64,000 nucleotides of DNA from Gemmatimonadota bacterium. GTDB lineage: Bacteria; Gemmatimonadota; Gemmatimonadetes; Gemmatimonadales; Gemmatimonadaceae. Positions 1 through 9,108 of the stretch are shown piece after piece. How positions within the stretch are numbered: the first letter of the stretch is position 1; the number at the start of each line of letters is the position of its first letter. Position numbers and translations under genes: made by a program. The DNA lies in contig JAZJZK010000014.1 of the NCBI GenBank assembly GCA_040389905.1, forward strand, positions 192,001 through 256,000, in the 5' to 3' direction. The notes beneath the pieces are model-generated. The model saw only the letters and a list, made by a program, of their open reading frames with translations, did no database searches and had not been told where the DNA came from.

Positions 1-1892
1 TGGGCGCGGCCAAGGTCCGCATCGCCACACCGTATGCCAAACGATACTTCTTCAACTACTGCACCTTCTCCTACTCCATGGCGTGGTGGGACTGGGCGCA
101 GTGGGAGCAGATGATCGACTGGATGGCGCTCAAGGGTATCAACACGCCGCTCGCGGTTACAGGCCAGGAAGCCGTGTGGCGGCTCGTGCTCCGCGATCTG
201 GGATACAGCCGAAAGCAGCGCGACGATTTTCTCGTAGGCCCCGCGTATTTCCCATGGGGTTGGATGGGCAACATCGACGGACTCGGCGGCCCATTGCCGG
301 ACTCGTGGATCGACAGTCACATTGCGCTCGAGCGTCGCATCCTCGCGCGTGAACGCTCGCTCGGCATGACGCCGGTGTTGCAGGGCTTTACCGGTCATGT
401 GCCGGAATCGACGAAGGATGTCTTCCCGAATGCAAAGCTGCACAAGACGGGCGACTGGTCCGCCGGCTTCACGGGTACCTGGTTCATCGATCCGCTCGAT
501 CCGCTTTTTCAACGCTTCGGCAAACGATTCATCGAGCGACAGGCGGAGCTTTTCGGCACGGACCACCTGTACGCCGCCGACCCGTTCAACGAGATCGATC
601 CCCCATCGAACGACTCGACCTTCCTCGCGGGGATGGGTCGCGCGATCTACTCAGGGATGCAGTCCGCGGATTCGAACGCAACGTGGGTGCTTCAGGGCTG
701 GTTTCTCTACTATCAGGCAAAGTTCTGGCAAGAGCCGCAGGCGCGCGCGCTACTGGGGGCTGTTCCCGACGATCGCATGATCGTGCTCGACTTGTGGGGC
801 GATCGCTATCCAGTGTGGCAGAAGCGCCAGGCATTCTACGGGAAACCGTGGATCTGGAACGTGCTGTACAATTTCGGCGGAAAGACGAGCCTGAATGGCG
901 ACCTCCCGCACATTGCCGCCAATCTCGATAGCGTCCGCCGGAGTCCGGCGAAGGGCCGCCTGTTGGGGCTCGGCATGATGATGGAGGGGCTGGGCACGAA
1001 CCCGGTGGTTCCTGATTTCGTGATGGACCAAACGTGGCGCACGAGCGTGCCGGCGTTGCGTGAGTGGACGGCGACCTATGTGTCGCGACGCTACGGCGCC
1101 CAGAATGCATCCGCGCAGAGCACCTGGGAGCAGCTGCTCGCCACCGCGTACAAGTCGCCGACGCAGACGGGCAATTTTCTGGCCGAGCGTCCGGGCTTCT
1201 ATGTAAAGGGAACATCGTATCGTTCCGAACCGACGGCGCCATACGACCGCAGGCTCCTTGCGGCGGCGCTCGATACGTTGCTCAACGCGGCACCGGCGTT
1301 GGGCCGCAACGACGCGTACCGGTACGACGTCGTCAACCTGACGCGTCAAGTGCTCGGCCAACTCGCGTTGCCGCTCGTGAACCAGGTGCAGGATGCGTTT
1401 GTCCGAAAGGACCGCCCGGCACTGCGCTCGAGCGAACAGCGCGTGCTCGCGTTACTGACCGATCTCGATGAGCTTGTTGGCACGCGCGAGGAGTTCCTGC
1501 TCGGACGTTGGATTGCCGACGCGAAGCGGTGGGGCACGACGGACGCGGAGCGGCACCTGTACGAGTGGAACGCGCGAAACATCGTGACGCTGTGGGGCAC
1601 GAAGTGTACTGAGGGGCAGAACGACGACCTGAACCTCTACGCGTACAAGGAATGGCAAGGGATGTTCACCTCGTACTTCAAGCCGCGTTGGCAGGAGTTC
1701 TTCACTCGGCTCAACCACTCGGTCGAGACGGGCGCTCCATTCGAGCGTGCGTCGTTCGCGACGGATATGTGCGCATGGGAGCAAGCGTGGTCTCGGCAAA
1801 CGGCTGCGTTCCCAATACGGCCAACGGGCGACGCCATTGCTGTTGCGCGGCGGCTCGTAAGCGCGTATCGCAACTTCCTCGACAGTCCCTGA
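1..1892 (+). CDS. Alpha-N-acetylglucosaminidase (GH89), 5'-truncated by the window edge
   Basis: The frame is open from base 3 (…RYFFNYCTFSYSMAWWDW…). GH89 hallmarks: WMALKGINTPLA, DPFNE, NFGG, MMMEG, EWNARNIVTLWG. Confidence 0.92.
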   Translation, partial: GAAKVRIATPYAKRYFFNYCTFSYSMAWWDWAQWEQMIDWMALKGINTPLAVTGQEAVWRLVLRDLGYSRKQRDDFLVGPAYFPWGWMGNIDGLGGPLPDSWIDSHIALERRILARERSLGMTPVLQGFTGHVPESTKDVFPNAKLHKTGDWSAGFTGTWFIDPLDPLFQRFGKRFIERQAELFGTDHLYAADPFNEIDPPSNDSTFLAGMGRAIYSGMQSADSNATWVLQGWFLYYQAKFWQEPQARALLGAVPDDRMIVLDLWGDRYPVWQKRQAFYGKPWIWNVLYNFGGKTSLNGDLPHIAANLDSVRRSPAKGRLLGLGMMMEGLGTNPVVPDFVMDQTWRTSVPALREWTATYVSRRYGAQNASAQSTWEQLLATAYKSPTQTGNFLAERPGFYVKGTSYRSEPTAPYDRRLLAAALDTLLNAAPALGRNDAYRYDVVNLTRQVLGQLALPLVNQVQDAFVRKDRPALRSSEQRVLALLTDLDELVGTREEFLLGRWIADAKRWGTTDAERHLYEWNARNIVTLWGTKCTEGQNDDLNLYAYKEWQGMFTSYFKPRWQEFFTRLNHSVETGAPFERASFATDMCAWEQAWSRQTAAFPIRPTGDAIAVARRLVSAYRNFLDSP

Positions 1893-1906
1893 CTTGCGCG
1901 CCGGAC

Positions 1907-2050
1907 ATCAGCTATGTCAGGTGCTCAGTGATCAGCCGCAGCCAACAGAGCTTCAGGGGGTGTGGCAGTCCGGGTGCGATGCGCCAGAGCGCCACAGCAA
2001 CTGTCACTCTGTAGGCCGTGGCTGGCTACTGAGCACCTGCCTCATCTGAT
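1907..2050. repeat. Long imperfect inverted repeat (rod-like hairpin) between convergent genes
   Basis: CAGGTGCTCAGT (1918-1929) pairs perfectly with ACTGAGCACCTG (2028-2039). 1933-1950 pairs with 2007-2024 at 15/18. Inner TGTGGC/GCCACA and outer ATCAG/CTGAT also pair. Confidence 0.7.
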
Positions 2051-2098
2051 TCCCGCCCTATTCCTCGTCGGTCGCTCGCCGTTCGAAAGGCCGCCGCG

Positions 2099-5000
2099 CT
2101 AAGAGGGGAGTGTCTCCAACGCATGCCGCAACTGCTCATACCGCTCTCGGTGCTCGTGCAGCAGCGGCGCGTTCACTTGCACCAGAATCTGGTCCACTTC
2201 CTTCACCAGTGCGGCTGCCTCATCGATGTTCCCGACGCGCGCGACGACCTCCGCCGCACGCGCGAGTCCGGTTGCGACTCCCAACGGGTCGTTGATGGCG
2301 CGCGCGATTTCGAGACTCTCCACGTGTGCTGCCAGTGCCTCCTCCTCCCGGCCTCCCACCATCAATGCGTCGCCGAGCACCGTGAGCGCGCTCATAAGAC
2401 CCCAGCGGTCTCCGAGTTCACGAAACACCGGAATGCTCGTGCGCTCGAGCGCTCCGAGCGCCAGATCCGCATTGCCAGCTTCGAGGTCGACGCCCGCCTG
2501 CACACGCATGTTGAAGGCAAGCAATTGACGCTCACCCAGTGATTCGAATGTCGTTCGTGCCTCTTCGAGCAGTGCCCTCGCCTGATCGTTTTCGTGCAAA
2601 CCCGAAAGCGCCCATGCGAGCGTGGTTTGCGTAAAGGCGATGTTCCGCCGATCGCCAACTCGTTGCCGGATGGCGAGGGACTCTTCGAGTGCCCCAACGG
2701 CGCTTGCGAGATCGCCGACGAATAGCGCCGTCCAACCAAGATTGTTCAGCGCCTGGCCTGCTCCACGATCGTCCCCAAGTGCGCGGTGCAGGGCGAGACT
2801 CTCCAGCGACAGCGCTCGTGCCTCGGCGAACCGGCACCGTCGCCAATCGATCCACCCCATGCTCGCCAGGCTGGAGGCTTCGCCGTGGCGATCGCCGGCC
2901 GCGCGCCACAGCGCGAGGGCCTGCTCGGTCGCGAGGAACGCGTTTGCGTAATCGCCCTGATTCTGGGCGAGGGTGGACGCCGCCGCGTGGAGCCGAGCGC
3001 GAACCTCTGGCGGGAGCGCGGCGCCAAGCGCGAGCGCCCGTGCAATCCACTCGCGCCCTTCCGTCCACCGGCCGCGCACCAGCCACGTTCGCCAGAGCGC
3101 AAGCACCAGCTCCGCGAGCGCAGGCGCGTCCCCCGCGCGGTGCGCGCCGTCGAGTGCAAGGCCCAGATTGTCATGCTCGCGGTGAGTGATGACGAGCGCT
3201 GCCGCCGATGACTCTCCCTCGCTCGCTGTTGACAGACCCACGGCGAGTAACCTGAAGTGCGTGCGATGACGAGCCCAGACCTCGTCGGAATCGGGTGACT
3301 CCCGGAGCCGTGCACGTCCGAATTCTCGCACGCTCTCGAGCATGAAAAATCGAGGTTGTCCGTCGTCGTCGTCGCCGCGTTGGCGCAGCAGGCTCGCATC
3401 GACAAGGATCTGTGCCAGCTCCAGTAACTCGATCTCACTGCAGGCCACCACGGCCGCCGCCGCGTTTAGCGACGCGCCTCCGGCAAACACGGCGAGCTGC
3501 GCGAAGACCACGCGTTCTCGTGGTCCAAGAAGGTCATAGCTCCACGCGATGGTCGCCTCGAGTGTTCGCTGCCGCGATGGAAGGTCGCGTGCGCCGCCGG
3601 TCAGAACGTCGAAACGTTGATCGAGCCGAGAGAGAAGATTGCGCGGTGACAGCAGGCGACAGCGGGCGGCCGCGAGCTCGATCGCGAGCGGCAACCCGTC
3701 GAGTCGGCGACAGATCTCGACGATCGCCGCATAGTCGTCGTCTGGCGAAAAATCACTCTTCGCTTCCGTGGCGCGCTGCACGAACAAACGCACCGCCGGT
3801 GATGACTCAGCCGTGACAGTGCCGACTCCGTCGGGGACGGCGAGCGGCGCGACGAAGAACTCGTGCTCGCCGCGCACACGCAATGGGGCGCGACTCGTGG
3901 CCAGCACCGTCATCTTCGGACAACTCGCGATCAGCTTGGCGATGTCAGGCGCGGCCGCCGTGATCTGCTCGAGGTTGTCGAGGACGAGTATCATGCGCCG
4001 CGCGCCCACGACCCGTACGAGGGTTTCCAACGTCGACCGCCCTTCGGCATCACGCGCACCAACTGCGGACGCAATCGTCGGAAGCGCGAGCAGTGGATCC
4101 GTGATCGCCGAAAGATCGACGAACTGCGCGCTCTCGAAGTGCGCACCAATGTTGGAAACAAGCCGGAGCGCGAGGCGAGTCTTACCGCTTCCGCCAGAGC
4201 CGGTGAGCGTGATCAACCGGATATCCGCCCGCAGCGCGAGCGCCGCAAGCGCGCTGAGCTCCCGGTCTCTCCCAATCAGTTCGCCAGGTGGCTCCGAAGG
4301 AAAGGATGACGACTCCAGTGCGTCGCGATCGGCGAGCGCGCGCGCAATGGCGTCGGCGAGCGCACGTGCTGTCTCGTGGCGTGCCGCGGGGTCGGTCGAC
4401 AGAGCTCTCGCCAGCTCCACATTGAGGGCATCCGGCAGTTCCGGCCGCAAATGCGCCACACTCGGCGGGTCCTCGACGAATCGCTTGGCGAGCGTCGCCT
4501 GCACGGTCGCGCCGATCCACGGCGGACGGCCCGTGAACATCTCGAACGCGATGCACGCCAGGGAGAAGATGTCGCTTCGCGCGTCGATGTCGGCGTCGCC
4601 GGTGGCCTGCTCGGGACTCATATACGCCGGCGTGCCGACGGCGTGGCCATGCTGTGTCAGCGTTTGCTCGCCCGGCGCTCGCGTCGTGTGCGCAATGCCG
4701 AAATCCATCACCGACGCGTGCCCCTCGCTCAGCAGTACGTTCTCGGGCTTGATGTCGCGATGAATCACGCCGCGCTGGTGCGCGTGTTGAAGCGCCTCGG
4801 CGATCTCGCCGACGAGGTGCGTCACCAGCGCCGGTGGAAGCGGCCCGTCGCGCACCAAACGCTCACGCAGCGTTTCACCCTCGACGAACGGCATCACGTA
4901 GTAGAGCGTGCCGTCCATCTCGCCGGAGTCGAACAGCGGCAAAATGTGCGGATGCCGGAGATTGGCGGTCACGAGGATTTCGCGCGCGAGCCGCTCCGCA

Positions 5001-5872
5001 CCGATGGCAGCGCTGAGTTCCGGATGCAGCATCTTGATTGCGACGGCGCGATCATGCTTGACATCGCGCGCCAGAAACACGACGGCCATGCCACCGCGTC
5101 CAATCTCGCGCTCGATGCGATAGCGGCCGGCAAACGCCGAGGCGAGCGGAGGCTCGTCCGGGACGACGCGCAGTCGCTCCACGAGCGTCGTGACGTCGTC
5201 ACTCGGCTCCACATCCAGCTCTTCGCGGACGAGCCGGGCGTATCGCTCGGCGTAACGGATCGCGCTGGTGCGCTCACCGGAGCGCGCCAGCGCGGATACC
5301 AATCCGACTGCGCCGATGGTGCGCAACGGATCGAGTGCGGCAAGGCGTTGCCACCAACGGACTGCCGCGGCATGGTCGCCTGCTGCATCGGCGGTGACCG
5401 CGAGTCGCTCGAGCGATTGCTGCGCCACGCTCGCGTATCGCGCACGTTGGTCCTCTACCCAGCGCTCGAAATCGGGAGCGTCGTTGAGGTACACGCCGTC
5501 GAGAAAGGGCCCGGTGTGCAGATCTGCGACGGCCTGGTCATCACCAGCAGCCACGGCAGCGATCAGAAGCTCGACGTCGCTCGGAAGGACGCGCGCGTCG
5601 AGGCGAAGATCCTCGCCTCCCTCCGTCAACGAGGCGCCACCGCAGTCCTGCCGCAGCGCGTAGAGCGCTTGTGAGAGCGCCTGACGTCCCCGCGGTTCGT
5701 CCACGTCTGGCCACAGCAGTCCGAGCAACTTGGCCCGCGTCACGCCGCGCTCACCGGCCACCGCAAGTACGGCCAGCAGCGCGAGGCGCCGCTTCTGCTG
5801 ACCGGCTCCCCTGAGGTCGCCGTCCGACCGCGTGAGCCGCAGACCCCCGAAAGTGTTGAGCCGCAACGACAT
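2099..5872 (-). CDS. Multidomain regulator: SARP-like wHTH/BTAD + Hanks Ser/Thr kinase + STAND-type ATPase + TPR
   Basis: N-terminus LRLNTFGGL…LLWPD…FERWVE. Kinase motifs IGRGGMAVV, VAIK, HRDIKPEN, DFG, GTPAYMSPEQ. Walker A GSGGSGKT, Walker B LVLDNLE, LDGLPLAIELAA. C-terminal TPRs. ATG at 5872 preferred as start. Confidence 0.9.
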   Translation of the reverse strand: MSLRLNTFGGLRLTRSDGDLRGAGQQKRRLALLAVLAVAGERGVTRAKLLGLLWPDVDEPRGRQALSQALYALRQDCGGASLTEGGEDLRLDARVLPSDVELLIAAVAAGDDQAVADLHTGPFLDGVYLNDAPDFERWVEDQRARYASVAQQSLERLAVTADAAGDHAAAVRWWQRLAALDPLRTIGAVGLVSALARSGERTSAIRYAERYARLVREELDVEPSDDVTTLVERLRVVPDEPPLASAFAGRYRIEREIGRGGMAVVFLARDVKHDRAVAIKMLHPELSAAIGAERLAREILVTANLRHPHILPLFDSGEMDGTLYYVMPFVEGETLRERLVRDGPLPPALVTHLVGEIAEALQHAHQRGVIHRDIKPENVLLSEGHASVMDFGIAHTTRAPGEQTLTQHGHAVGTPAYMSPEQATGDADIDARSDIFSLACIAFEMFTGRPPWIGATVQATLAKRFVEDPPSVAHLRPELPDALNVELARALSTDPAARHETARALADAIARALADRDALESSSFPSEPPGELIGRDRELSALAALALRADIRLITLTGSGGSGKTRLALRLVSNIGAHFESAQFVDLSAITDPLLALPTIASAVGARDAEGRSTLETLVRVVGARRMILVLDNLEQITAAAPDIAKLIASCPKMTVLATSRAPLRVRGEHEFFVAPLAVPDGVGTVTAESSPAVRLFVQRATEAKSDFSPDDDYAAIVEICRRLDGLPLAIELAAARCRLLSPRNLLSRLDQRFDVLTGGARDLPSRQRTLEATIAWSYDLLGPRERVVFAQLAVFAGGASLNAAAAVVACSEIELLELAQILVDASLLRQRGDDDDGQPRFFMLESVREFGRARLRESPDSDEVWARHRTHFRLLAVGLSTASEGESSAAALVITHREHDNLGLALDGAHRAGDAPALAELVLALWRTWLVRGRWTEGREWIARALALGAALPPEVRARLHAAASTLAQNQGDYANAFLATEQALALWRAAGDRHGEASSLASMGWIDWRRCRFAEARALSLESLALHRALGDDRGAGQALNNLGWTALFVGDLASAVGALEESLAIRQRVGDRRNIAFTQTTLAWALSGLHENDQARALLEEARTTFESLGERQLLAFNMRVQAGVDLEAGNADLALGALERTSIPVFRELGDRWGLMSALTVLGDALMVGGREEEALAAHVESLEIARAINDPLGVATGLARAAEVVARVGNIDEAAALVKEVDQILVQVNAPLLHEHRERYEQLRHALETLPS

Positions 5873-6001
5873 CGGAGTCTTCGCTCGCCCGTCTGGACGC
5901 AAGTGAGAATCAGGTGAGACCTGCGGACTATCCTACCGTCGCATCCAATGCATCGGCAAGTGTGCCGAGCCTTCGACCCCCCTTCGCGAGGACATGATCC
6001 C

Positions 6002-6415
6002 ATGACCAGTATTCCCGCCATCGAGCCAATCAACGTCCAGACGACCGGTGTGCATCATGTCGCCATCAGGTCGACTGACATCGCGCGGTCGCGCCTGTTC
6101 TATCTGGAGCAGCTTGGCTTCACCCTCCTGTTGGAGACGCCAGAGATGTTCATCTTCGCCGCCGGCGGCACGGCGTTCGCCGTCCGCGCTCCCGATGCGC
6201 GCACCCAGGGCGGCGACACATTCGATCCCTTCCGCGTCGGGCTCGACCACATCGCGCTGGCCTGTACCGATGCGCAGGAGCTGCGCCGCGTAACGGACGG
6301 TTTGTGTGCTGCGGGCATCGAGAACACCGGCGTGAAGACCGATCCGACGCTCGGCAAGGAGTACGTCGCGTTCAAGGACCCAGACGGAATCAAATGGGAA
6401 CTGTACATGGCATGA
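6002..6415 (+). CDS. VOC/glyoxalase family protein
   Basis: GVHHVAIRSTD…FY…LGF, GLDHIAL, FKDPDGIKWEL. Confidence 0.9.
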   Translation: MTSIPAIEPINVQTTGVHHVAIRSTDIARSRLFYLEQLGFTLLLETPEMFIFAAGGTAFAVRAPDARTQGGDTFDPFRVGLDHIALACTDAQELRRVTDGLCAAGIENTGVKTDPTLGKEYVAFKDPDGIKWELYMA

Positions 6416-6453
6416 GGGCCGGACCTCGGCCAACTCCGGGCCCGGGCTGCCCA

Positions 6454-6682
6454 GCTGATAACTGAGGATGGAGGCGGGGCTCGTGCCCGGGCCAACCGCG
6501 GGCTGGGGCGCGGGCTGGGGCGAGGGCCGGGGCTGGGGCTTGCCTGCAGGCTCGGGCAGGGGCTCGGGCTCGGGCTCGGGGCTGACATCTAAGGCTTGGG
6601 CCCGGGCCCAGCCCCAAGCCTGCAGGTCGGCCCGAGCCCGAGCCACAGCCCCCGCCCGCGGCCCCCATCCCTAGTTACCAGC
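6454..6682. repeat. ~230 bp GC-rich fold-back element with terminal inverted repeats
   Basis: Arm 6454-6475 matches the reverse complement of 6661-6682 at 18/22. GGGCTC/GGGGCT hexamers in the left arm face GAGCCC/AGCCCC in the right. Palindrome TGGGCCCGGGCCCA at 6597-6610. Confidence 0.7.
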
Positions 6683-6731
6683 GTTTCAGTCTGTCAGCTG
6701 TCATCTGTCATCCGTGAGCCCACTAACGTCG

Positions 6732-8201
6732 CTACTTCAGTAGGTAGTCCCGAAGCGCAGGTAACGGCCGCTCGGCGGTGGCGCGGCGGTGCAGGTATTC
6801 GCTCCTCTCTTGTACGGCGCCCGTGTTCAGAGGCAGGAGATACACGAACGTCGCAGCGGCAAAACAGAGGAACCCAGCGTACAGCGCCGCAGACCCACGG
6901 GAATCAAACGCCCAGAATCGACTCTCGTCGTCCGTGCCCCATCCGGCCAGCGCGCCGACGCCGAACGCAACGAGCATCGCGCTGTAGATGAATGCGAAGA
7001 AGTAATGGTACAGATACATCGGCCGCGAGATGAGCGCGAAGGGCAGAAAGTTCAGGAGATATGCGACGACAAGCACGATGAGCGCATGACGGTAGCGCAC
7101 GAGCGCGACGCGACGCGTCGCTGCACTGACCGCGACGGCGATCATGCCACACAGAAGCGGAAACCAGATGGCCGGGTTGCCGAAGAGCGCGATCCACCGA
7201 ACATGCGCGGCATCGGGATGCGATTCCCAGAAACCGATGCCATGCTTCGCGACGGGCCAGCTGTACCACGGAGAGGCACCGACGTTGAAGTCAGTCGCCC
7301 AGCCGAGGTTGATGAGCATCATCGCGCGATGCAGAAGTGCAAACGCACTCCAGAATGGGAACGTCGCCCCAGGCACGTACGATCGACTGCCGATCAACGT
7401 GGCCTGGAATGGAATGGGCATCGTGGTGTCATTGAGCCCGGAGCGGTGAAGCAACGCGAAATGGATCGCGAAGGGGATCACGTACGCCAACACGGGCACG
7501 ACGAGGAACAGTCCTGCCTCGAGTACGACGGTGAAACCGCGTCGTCGCTCAGCCACGACGTCGAATAGCCAGAGCAGCCCGATGAGGGCGAGCGCGGTGA
7601 GTCCCGTCCACTTCGTGCCCGCGGTCATGCCGCCCGCGATGGCAGCGGCGACGAGGAGCATCCAACGCGTGCGTCCGGTGGCGTTGCGAGCCGCGACGAA
7701 GAAGTACACCGCTGACACCCCGAACAGCGTCAGCATGCTGTCCATGACGATCACGCGGGAAATGACGAGCAGTGCGTTGTCGAGGAGCAGGACAGCTGCG
7801 GCGAAGGTCGCCATGCGACGGCTCGCACCGAGCTCGCGCATGAGGAGGAAGACGACCGGGATGATCAGTGCGCCGGCAAGCGCTGGCAGGACCCTGAGCA
7901 TGGGGGTCGGTTGGTTGGTGGCGAGATCGGTGCCGGACACGCCGAGGACGCGCGCGGCGGCGTAGAGCAGCAACTTGCCGAGCGGAGGGTGCACGTCGAC
8001 GTAGTACTTGCCCGTGAAATAGGCTCCCGTAAAGCGCTCGAAGTGCACCTCGTCCCACACCACCGCGCGTGGAGAGATCAGCATCCAGAAGCGTGTGAGG
8101 AACGCCAGCGCGGTCAGTACCGCGAATTCAGGGCACCTGAGCGCCGAACGTTTGGGAGACGGCGACACCACTGGTGTATTGGGAATTGTCGCAGAGATCA
8201 C
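6732..8201 (-). CDS. Protein O-mannosyltransferase (PMT/GT39 family), polytopic membrane protein
   Basis: VVWDEVHF (catalytic DE), YYVDVHPPLGK, DNALLVISR, TKWTGL, GNPAIW, MYLYHYF. Many TM helices. Start uncertain. Confidence 0.85.
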   Translation of the reverse strand: MISATIPNTPVVSPSPKRSALRCPEFAVLTALAFLTRFWMLISPRAVVWDEVHFERFTGAYFTGKYYVDVHPPLGKLLLYAAARVLGVSGTDLATNQPTPMLRVLPALAGALIIPVVFLLMRELGASRRMATFAAAVLLLDNALLVISRVIVMDSMLTLFGVSAVYFFVAARNATGRTRWMLLVAAAIAGGMTAGTKWTGLTALALIGLLWLFDVVAERRRGFTVVLEAGLFLVVPVLAYVIPFAIHFALLHRSGLNDTTMPIPFQATLIGSRSYVPGATFPFWSAFALLHRAMMLINLGWATDFNVGASPWYSWPVAKHGIGFWESHPDAAHVRWIALFGNPAIWFPLLCGMIAVAVSAATRRVALVRYRHALIVLVVAYLLNFLPFALISRPMYLYHYFFAFIYSAMLVAFGVGALAGWGTDDESRFWAFDSRGSAALYAGFLCFAAATFVYLLPLNTGAVQERSEYLHRRATAERPLPALRDYLLK

Positions 8202-8264
8202 AGGGTGGTCAATCGCGTATTGGATGAACGTGACTGGAAGGTCGGAAGGTAGCCAGCATGTCGT

Positions 8265-8756
8265 TCAGAGGTTGCGCTGCCAATAGGCAACATCGATCCA
8301 GCGACCGAACTTGAAGCCGACCTCGCGAAAGTGGGCCACTCTCGTCATCCCCAGCTTCTGATGCAGTGCGACGCTCGCGTCGTTCGGCAGGGCGACACCA
8401 CCGATAACCGTATGGAACGAGCGAGCGCGGAGCGCATCGAATAAGTGCTCGTACAGCGTGGTGCCAAATCCGCGCGTCATGACGTCGTGCGCCAGGTAGA
8501 TGGTGCTTTCAACCGCGAAGCGATACGCAGGCCGGCTCTTCCATTGCGTGGCATATGCATACCCCGCAACGCGGCCTCCGTCTTCCAACACCAACCAGGG
8601 TAGCGAAGCGGATACAACGGCGTCGATGCGTCGCGCCATCTCAGCGGGAACCACGGGCTCTTCCTCGAACGTGACGATCGAATTCGACACATAGTAGTTG
8701 TAGATGGCTGCGATGACAGCAGCATCCGTGCGCTCCACTGGGCGGATCAGCGACAT
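8265..8756 (-). CDS. GNAT N-acetyltransferase, phosphinothricin acetyltransferase-like
   Basis: IAAIYNYYV…TFEE, GYAYA…R.AYRFAVESTIY, LPNDASVALH, VGFKFGRWIDV. Confidence 0.9.
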   Translation of the reverse strand: MSLIRPVERTDAAVIAAIYNYYVSNSIVTFEEEPVVPAEMARRIDAVVSASLPWLVLEDGGRVAGYAYATQWKSRPAYRFAVESTIYLAHDVMTRGFGTTLYEHLFDALRARSFHTVIGGVALPNDASVALHQKLGMTRVAHFREVGFKFGRWIDVAYWQRNL

Positions 8757-8804
8757 GTCATCACCGGTGGTTCTGCGTTTCGCCATCACGCATAGTCAAT
8801 TCGG

Positions 8805-9100
8805 AAACGGCCAAACCAAGACCAAAAACAAACCAAAACCAAAACCAATTGACCGCAGAGGTCGCAGAGGTCGCAGAGGACGACGTAACTGCACACTGCT
8901 CAAACGCTTCCCGGTACTGTGTGCGTCATTGACGTCGTCCTCTGCGATCCTCTGCGGCTTTTTCAGTTCTCTGCGACCTCTGCGGTGAATCGGTTGCAGT
9001 TGCAGTTGCAGTTGTCGTTGCAGTTGTCGTTGCAGTTGTCGTTGCAGTTGCCGTTGCTGTTTCCATTCCAATTGGCGTTGCCATTGCAGTGGCCGCTGCA
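8805..9100. repeat. REP-like palindromic element built from (CGCAGAGGT)n units, with simple-sequence flanks
   Basis: Core spans 8852-8986, including a perfect 16 bp stem 8871-8886/8932-8947. Left flank is AAACC-like. Right flank is 18 GTTGCA/GTTGTC-like hexamers (8993-9100). Confidence 0.85.
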
Positions 9101-9108
9101 AAATCACA

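Noticed and set aside
1907..2050. 6S or SRP RNA
   Set aside because: It lacks the SRP GGAA-loop motif and a clear 6S central bubble. Kept only as an unexplained hairpin.
5933..6674. Pro/Gly-rich ORFs (PEPEP, SPSPS, GSGSG)
   Set aside because: Artefacts of the GC-rich fold-back repeat, partly antisense to the VOC gene.
8852..9100. Possible CRISPR array
   Set aside because: Units are 6-9 nt tandem or inverted repeats without unique ~30 nt spacers, and there are no cas genes.
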